In this document: one piece after another, positions 55,882 through 64,000 of the stretch
Layout of the letters: each line of letters begins with the position of its first letter
How positions within the stretch are numbered: the stretch's first letter is position 1
Origin: Monocercomonoides exilis PA203
Taxonomy: Eukaryota; Protista; Preaxostyla
NCBI GenBank assembly: GCA_001643675.2
Contig: LSRY02000047.1
Location: forward strand, 1-64,000
Direction: 5' to 3'
DNA length: 64,000 nucleotides
Made by a program: the position numbers and the translations under genes
Notes under the pieces: model-generated
What the model was told of the DNA's origin: nothing
What the model saw: the letters and a program-made list of their open reading frames with translations, nothing else
The model's database searches: none

Positions 55882-58029
55882 ATGAGTGAAAACAGTTCAA
55901 GTGTCAAAATGGTTCCTCTGCGATCTGAAATTGATGACAAATACAAATGGGATTCATTTTTGTGTGAATTAATTCAATGTTTCTTGGTTTTTGATAATTT
56001 TTGGCATGTCTTCAATTAATGTTAGCGTTTATCCTTCACATAAAGCATGGAAAGAAGATTTTGATACATTAGACAGTATGATAAAACCTATTGAAGAATT
56101 TAAGGGGCATCTTCACGAAGGACCTGAAAAAGTTGTGGAAGTTTTCCGCTTGGATGAACAACTTGACTTGAAATTGCATTATCTTGAAGTTCATATGAAC
56201 TTAGCTGTTTTCGAAGATCGAGGAGATAGCGAGGCACAGGGAATGGAATCTATGTTTAATACAAAAAAAGCAGATCTTTCATCAAAATTATCTTGGGTCA
56301 GACCTGAAATTTTAGCGTTGCCAGACGAAACTTTAAACAAATATCATGAATATAGCGGAATGAAGGAATGGATGCGTGCTTTCGAAGAAATTGTTCGTTA
56401 TAAACCTCATTCTTTGTCAGCAAAAGAGGAAGAATTACTTTCTGCTGCTGCTCCCGCATTAGATGCAAGCAGTCAGACATTCACCATGCTTTCGGATGCT
56501 GATCTCACTTTTCCTGTTATTGAAAACGAATCCGGAGAGAAAATAGAATTAACTTCAGATAACTATATTTCTTTTCTTGAATCGAGTGATCGAGAGGTTA
56601 GAAAGAGAGCATTTGATGCCACGTACAGTACCCACATCGCGAAGATAAACACCGTATGTAGTCTGTTTGATGGCCAAGCAAAGAAGGAGATTTTCCTTTC
56701 AAAAGCCCGGAAGTTTCCGAGTTGCGTAGAGCATGCTTTGTTTGGCGATAACATCCCATTGTCTGTATACACGTCACTTATCGAAGCGATGCACCAATCG
56801 CTTCCCTCATTCCACCGCTATCTCTCTATGCGGCAGCGCGTCATGAAGCTTCCCTCGCTCGACATGTACGACTTGTATGTGCCGCTGGTGAAGGACTACA
56901 AGCTCAAGATACCCTACGAGCAGGCTGTGGAGTGGTCGCTGGAGGCGCTGAAGCCACTGGGCGAGGAGTATTGCGAGGTGGCGCGGAAAGCATTGATAGG
57001 CGGAGACAAATGGGCAGATGTGTACCAGACGAAAGGCAAGAGGGGCGGGGCGTGCTCGTTCTCGATGTTCAAAGGGAAGCAGTTCATGATGATGAACTAC
57101 ATGGACAACTTGGACTCTGTCTTCACTCTCATCCACGAGCTGGGACATTCGATGCACTCGCACTACTCCAGCCTCTCGCAGCCGTTCCGCACCTTCGAAT
57201 ATTCTCTTGCGGTGGCAGAGATCGCGTCGACGCTGAACGAGGCGCTGCTGGCACACTATCTGCTCGAAAAGGCGCGGAAGGAAGGGAACAAAGAAATGGA
57301 GATTTATCTGCTCAATCAGAAGTGCGAGACATTCAAAGGAACGATCATAAGGCAGGTGCAGTTTGCTGAGTTCGACTTGCGCTTCCACGAAATGGCTGAG
57401 AAAGGCGAGCCACTCACGCCAGACTCACTGGCAAAACTGTACAAGGATATCAACGATGTTTACTATGGAGATCAGTGCTTAGTCAAAGATGGAAGTTTGG
57501 GGGAAAAATTATTACTTTTGTTATTTTTATTCATATATATTATTTTCATTGTCTTTCTCTATTGTGTTTACTCAAAAATATTCAATTCTTATTCACTTTT
57601 CCTCTAAGAGCCTGAATTCCCCCATGTCTTGAAGGCTGATCCACGCATTGCATATGAGTTTGTGAGGGTGCCCCACTTTTTCTTCAATTTCTATGTGTAC
57701 AAATACGCCACTTCAATGTGCGTCTCTGAAGCAATCGCTAACAGGATCCTCAAAGGAAGCAAAGAAGATCTTGAAAAGTACTTCAGATTTCTCAGAGTTT
57801 GTTCATTATTGATATGCACTTGTTTTATTGAAAATTATTTCTCTTTCTTTATTTTATTTTATTTTATTTTATTTTATTTATTTTTAATTTTCAGGCTGGT
57901 TCATCAAAAGACCCTCTTGAAATCATCGAAGATGCAGGCATCGACCTTCGAACTCCACAGCCATATGTCGAAGCAATGGAAGGCTTCAAGTTTTATCTTG
58001 ATGAGCTCGAAAAAATGCTTGCAGTTTAA
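55882..58029 (+). CDS. pepF: Oligoendopeptidase F (M3B metallopeptidase); multi-exon
   Basis: N-terminal RSEIDDKYKWD, KGKRGGA, zinc motif TLIHELGHSMH, AEIASTLNE, C-terminal PHFFFNFYVYKYAT and AGSSKDPLEII; ~3 introns. Confidence 0.9.
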
Positions 58030-58842
58030 GCTATCTTACAAGAAAAATTAAAAAAAGGAACTATTTAAATTGTTCCGTCTTCATTTTGAAAGCTAAACAT
58101 GCCTTTAGTTTTATGTAGTAAAAATAGATCAGCAAATGTGTGCTATAGAAAAACACGATTTTTTTTTTATTTCCTAAAGTTACGAACGTTCTGAAGCATG
58201 TGTCTTTCAATTTTTTATTTGTTTATTAGTATGAGAAAGAAATATGTATCACCTTTTCATAATTATTTATGAAGATTTTTTTTATCGAACTATTGATTAA
58301 TCCAGCAAAAATGGTGAAATTTTTTGAACTTTTGAAATTATCCAATAAATATTTTGAGAGCAGCTTTTATTCCAATGGAGGATTTGCTTTTCAAATACGA
58401 CCAAATTCACGATAAAAAAATGAAACTGAATTTTAACAAACAAACGAAGAAAAAAAAAAAAAGAACCTTCGACTTTGATTTTTTAAAACAATTCAAATAT
58501 CAAAAATGAATTTGATGGATCAAATTATTCCTAAGAATTTATTTCGAGCACCAACTTGTCTCTAGGTTCTGATGCTTAATGGTTGATTCATTTAATAGTT
58601 ACAAACCAATCTTTTTGAGTTGGAGGGTTTTAATAATTTGCACTTTTTTCAAAAAAATCCAAAAACTCTCAAACAATGAATTGTTCCTTTCAAATGAACA
58701 TTTGCCAATAGATCTGATGTATTTTATTTTAACTTCAAATTAGACACTTATCGCTTTTCTATTATTTAAAATTTGAAATTTTTTATTTCTTCATATTGTA
58801 CGTAATGGGTGGATCTCCCATTATTAATCAATTTGAAATCAC

Positions 58843-60157
58843 ATGGCAAGAGAATTGGCACAAACATATGGTACTGAACAAGATCGGGTACACTGCCCTT
58901 TTTATTTTAAGATGGGTTTGTTTCAATCAAATGAAGTCCGTTTTGAAAAAATGATTTTTTAGGAGCCTGTAGATATGGTGATTCTTGCAGTAGAAAACAC
59001 ATAAAACCGGAGTTTTCTCAAACTGTTCTTCTTGCTCATATGTATCCTAATCCAATTGCTTTTGAAGGAAGTGCATCATTTTCAAAAGAAGTTCTCCAAC
59101 AAGTTTGGTGAATATAAAATTATTTATTTTCATGCATCAATTTTTGTTGTTGTTTTTACATATATATTTCGAAGCATTTTGAAGAATTCTATGAAGATGT
59201 TTTTGAAGGTTTATCAAAATTTGGAAAAATTGAGGAAATGTACGTTGTTGACAACATATGCGAGCATTTATTTGGTATGCATAATTTGATTCTAATGACA
59301 TAAAAATCAAACTGTTTTTTTGTAGGAAATGTATATGTTAAGTTTGAAGATGAAGATTCAGCTGCGCGTTGCGTTGAAGGTCTTAAAGATAGAACTTATG
59401 CAGGTTTGAAAATGAGTTATTCTTGACAAATTTTTAAATCGAATTTTGGTTACAGGAAAACCTGTTTCTGCAGAACTTTCACCAGTTACTGACTTCAAAG
59501 ATGCACGTTGCAGGCAATTTGAAACCGGTATTTTTTGTGAATATTAATTTTTAAATTTTTGTTAACATTGTTTCATTTTTAGAGGGATGTACCAGATCAG
59601 GTCAATGTAATTTTATGCATCTGAAACGTATTTCAAAAGAGCTTGAAAGAAGACTATTTCGTAAATATCGATATCATTCTCGTTCAAGATCATATTCACG
59701 CTCCAGATCAAGATCAAGATCTCGATCTCGATCTCGCTCTGATTCAAGAAGAGGCTCGAGAAGGCGTTCTCATTCTTCGTCAAGGCGCCACTATCGTCAT
59801 CGCCGTGACCGAAGCAGCCGATCAAGCAGATCATCCCGCGATAGTAGACGTCATCGTTCGCGTCGCCATCACAGCGAGTATGATAGAGACGATTATGAAG
59901 ATGGACGTGATAGGGATAGAGACAAAGACAGAGATAGAGACAGAGACAGAGATCGAAAGGAAAAGACGAATCGAAATGAAGATGAGAAAGATGCTGAAGA
60001 TGCAAAGGATTCGAAGACAAAGTCAGAAGATACAACATCGTCTGATTCTTCAGATGGTTCAGGAAGAAGGAGAAAGAGAAGAGAGGAGAAATCAAAAAGC
60101 GAACAAAAAAATGATGAAAACTCATCCAAAAAGGAAGGTAATGAGAAAAATGAATGA
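58843..60157 (+). CDS. U2AF1: Splicing factor U2AF small subunit (U2AF35); multi-exon
   Basis: [32 protein letters not shown] with [32 protein letters not shown]-rich tail. Confidence 0.93.
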
Positions 60158-61700
60158 ACTCTCTTCGTTTCAAATTGTGGTTGAGATGAACTCAAACTTA
60201 ATTCTTATTTTGCTTTTACGCTAAATAAGATGTGGATTAATTTTGACAATGTCTTTAATAATTGTTTTCTTTCAGTTAACAACAGGATATAATTGCCTTC
60301 ATTTCACAATAGCATTGCGCATACCTTCTGTTGATGGCATGGGAGGTTTTTTTTGAATTATCTTTTTTTATGCATTTGTTTTTTCTTCCCTTTCAGGAAA
60401 GATACATTTAGTGAAAAAATTGCTTTCATGGAATGGATTTCTTCAAATAACGATTTGCAATCTTAGACAAATTGCTTGAAAGGTGCCTGTGCAACTTATT
60501 AGTTTGAATTTTAACCTTATTTAGAATGCAGAATAAATTTAACTATTATGTTTAAAGCATAGGGCATTGAATCATAAAGATCTTGTTAATATCAAATAGT
60601 TAATGATTGGACAAATGAAAAGAATGATTGATTGTAAAAATTAGGTTGAATGATTTAGAAATTAATGAAAAAAATGTTCCAGATGCTTTCTGGCCAAAAT
60701 GTTGTATTTATTGAAGGAATTTGAAAACAATGGAAATGTTTCGTAATATTATTTAAGATGTGCTTTTAATATTGAAAGTGTTTTTTTGGATGTTTGGAAG
60801 AGAATGTTAAATAAAGCTTATGATAAACGGAAACAAGTAATCTAATTATTTATTTTTTTATCCAATTTGTTTAAATAATTCTTTGAAAAATCCTTGCTTC
60901 TTTATGATTTCTCTCGCATGTTGATATTTGATTAGTTAGCATTTTTTGTGTGTCAATTTTGTTTGAAACTGAATAAGTTCAAAATATCAGATTTTTATTA
61001 AAGATACTTTTTTTTTCAAAATTATAAAAGTTCTCTACTAATTTTGGCTATAAGCGTTTTGAAAAGAAACTATGAATTATGCAAAGTGGTGATGTATTTG
61101 TTTTGTTCTTCGTCCATTTGTTATCATCAGATAGAAGTGTATAAAAACACACATCTCATTTTGCAAATGAAACTGGATTTATCTTATACAGTTTTTCAGC
61201 CGGAATTGAGAATTTTGCTTTTTGAAAAATGACAAGAAAATTGTCGTCTATCATTAAGTTAATGAAACAACCTCACTGGAGAATCTTTTTATTACTAATT
61301 GAAAATGCATCAGACCTTCAGATTATTATCAACAAAAAATGATTTTTTAAAAGTGTTGTTTTTCCTTAATATCTGTTAAAGAGGAAAAAAGTGCGTTTGT
61401 TGTGAAATAAATGCTAAATTCTGAATATCTAACGATACAAGATTACTTCAGGAAGTGGGCCTTATTCGTGAAGTGAATAGAACTTTGAAAAAAAATAAAT
61501 AGTCTTTTATGTATCTGGAATAAATTGTAAAAGAAAGAAAAGCCAAAGCAGAACTGAGAATAAGGCAATAAAGTTCTAATGTGAAAGTTGAGAATTAACA
61601 AAATGACATTTGTAAACAATTCGTTAGGATTAAAAGAACAAAGCATTGTTTTTAATAACCTAATTATTATTTTGAGTTATAAAAAAAAAATGTTATTGGC

Positions 61701-63456
61701 TTATTCATCGTCTTCGTCATCGTCATCTTCGTCATCATCGTCTTCATCGTCATCTTCATCATCGTCCTCGTCTGCTTCATCAGCTTCATCTTCGGCTTCG
61801 AAGTTGTCTGTCTCTCCAACAAAGAAGTAATACGAGTTAGGCACAATTGTGTATGCAATGAACACAACAATATCAGAAAACGTGTCTGCTGCATCAGACA
61901 GGTTCATCTGCGCAAACTTCCACTCCTTCTCAATCTCTCCCATCTCTTCGTCGTCTTCGTCCTCTGAGTCGTCGTCTGAGTCGTCTGAATCATCCGAGTC
62001 AGAATCAGAATCTGCTTTGCCTGCTCCATCTTTCTCGTTCTTTCCACGCATCGCCTTTCTCGCCTTCGCAACTTCCTGTGGTGGGTATGCTTCGATAGAA
62101 TCGCTGACCTCCTTCAGCCTCTCCTTCAACTCGTCGCTGCGCAGAAATATGTCAAAGAACGTCCCGCGGTGCAGCTGCACTGTCTTCAACACATTCCTCA
62201 TTCTTGGTTTCTTCCCTTTTTTGCCTCCACGTTTGGATGCTTTCTTGGATTCTTTAACTTCTTCTTTAACTTTCATGACAACCTCTTCATCGCCCAGTCG
62301 CTTTCCTTCCTTCCATCGTATTGTCGGTCCCAATTTTGCAGCTTCCTCCAAAGCCTTCTTTCTCCTCTCTTCTTTCTCCTTCTTTTCTTTCTCTTTTTCT
62401 TCTTTCTTCTTTTTCTTTTCTTTTTCTTTTTCTTCATCGTTTTTATCGCTGTCATCATCACTATCTTCTTCGTCATCTTCATCATCGTCTTCGTCATCGT
62501 CTTCAAAGTCATGCGGAAGATGAACGCAAATATCACCATCTGAATCATAACTTATTATTAGCTCAGTCTTCAGAACTTCATTCTCAAAATATGGATTTGG
62601 AGCGAAGTGAAATTCCAAAACAAGTTTGTATCGTTGGTCTGGTTTAATAGAAGATGTCTGCTGTTCTCCAGATGAAGTTTCTGATGAGGATGTCTCCTTT
62701 TCTGACTTCAAAACACTTGGCTCAACCTCAGTTTTATCATCTGCTTTCTCTTCGGTAGGCTCATAGGCTAACTTTTGTGTTCGTATATCTGTTATGTAAT
62801 CAAGAGCAGCAATATCTCTTTCGAATATGCACTGATTCAATGTTTTGCTGTTTATCAAACATAATTTCCAAAATGAAGGTATTCCTGAAAAAAATAAAAA
62901 AATGGAAATTAATAAAAAAAAAATTGAACAATGAAATATTTATCTTGAAAAAAATAATACCTTTTTCGTCACGAACATTGCTTGGGCTTTCTGCTCCAGA
63001 AGATGGCTCAGAAAATGGAAGTTGTCCAACTGGAGCAAGATCTTCTTCTGTCGGTTCATATTCACCGCTAATAATCTTTTGCTTTTTCGCAATTGTTTCG
63101 TCAAATAATACTTCAAATTTTTGGCGAAGTAAAGCTTCTTCAACAAGAAACTTTTGATGCATTTTTTCATATTCTTCGTGAAGTTTTTTCACAGCTGAAA
63201 TTCTTTTTTTAACAGGGGCAGTGTACATGTGAAAAGATAAAAGCTTTTCGTCTTAAAGATTGAAATTTGATTTTGTCGGTCAATATATTTTTAAGATAAG
63301 GGATTTTGGAATAGTTTTATTAAGAAACTCATAAAATATAGAACGCAAACTAGTTATTTCATCGTTTGCATCATTTTCATTGACGCTATTTGTGTTATCA
63401 CTTTTTATATCGGTTTTTCCGTCGGATGTTGGTAATTGGGTTGATTCACTCGACAT
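61701..63456 (-). CDS. Nucleosome assembly protein (NAP1/SET family); multi-exon
   Basis: VKKRISAVKKL...IISGEYEPT...KGI, ALDYITDI, LEFHFAPNPYFENEVLK, IRWKEGK, FFDIF, acidic tail; exon boundaries approximate. Confidence 0.88.
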
Positions 63457-64000
63457 TATTATCGATCAAAATATGATCTTGTGTAATATTCCTATATTAG
63501 AAATCTCATTTATAAACTTTTTCATAAAAACAAAAAACACGTGAAGGAAAAAATAAAAAATTTATTTTTTAATGAATATGTTTTTTATTTTTGGTTCATT
63601 GTTAAAAGTTATTTAAAATGAAAACATATTGTTTCGTTTCTTTTTTTTTTTTTCTTATTTTTCTAAATGCATAAGTGAAGATATTCTTGAATTGAAAATA
63701 ACGTTCCATACAGCATAATTAAGACTTTTTCGAAATTCAATATTTAATAATAAATTTTTTCATTATTATGAAAGACTTAATTATATGACAACAAAAAAAA
63801 GTTGGAACAAATCGTAGTCTTTATCAAAAAAAGCAAAATTTTTGCTCCATATCCTTTATGAAGTCAAACAAAAACGATATTGCATTTCACTCGGGTGTTT
63901 TTGCACAATCTTCTTCCAATTTAAAAAATTAAACAAAGCATTAATAAAATTTCAAGTACAGATGAAAAAAAATTCATTTTGCATTCAAAAAGAATCTTAA

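Overview
This window is the left end of a eukaryotic chromosome. The host is probably an oxymonad such as Monocercomonoides, inferred from its gene families and short AT-rich GT-AG introns. A ~1.44 kb (CCCTAA)n telomere is joined directly to a ~23.3 kb head-to-tail array of an endogenous CRESS DNA virus (circular Rep-encoding ssDNA virus). The array has 9 origin hairpins carrying the TAATATTAC nonanucleotide, which delimit 8 unit-length genomes of ~2.86 kb. Each unit encodes a small unknown ORF and a capsid-like protein on the + strand, and an HUH/SF3 Rep on the - strand. The array is polarised. The telomere-side unit is a divergent strain (A) recombined into the array inside Rep and cut by telomere addition. 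The middle copies are near-identical (strain B, two haplotypes). The inner end is a degenerate remnant just past the last origin. Comparing A with B shows a 65-nt covarying hairpin hidden in the capsid 3' end, covarying origin stems with strain-specific iterons, and a conserved intergenic motif. The remaining ~39 kb is intron-containing host sequence: a pseudogene of an expanded family, a TmcB/C-like membrane protein with a hemerythrin-like tail, an RNase Z-family gene, a ~400 bp foldback element, a giant beta-helix/pseudokinase receptor-like gene, a Ser-rich gene, oligoendopeptidase F, U2AF35 and a NAP1-family gene.
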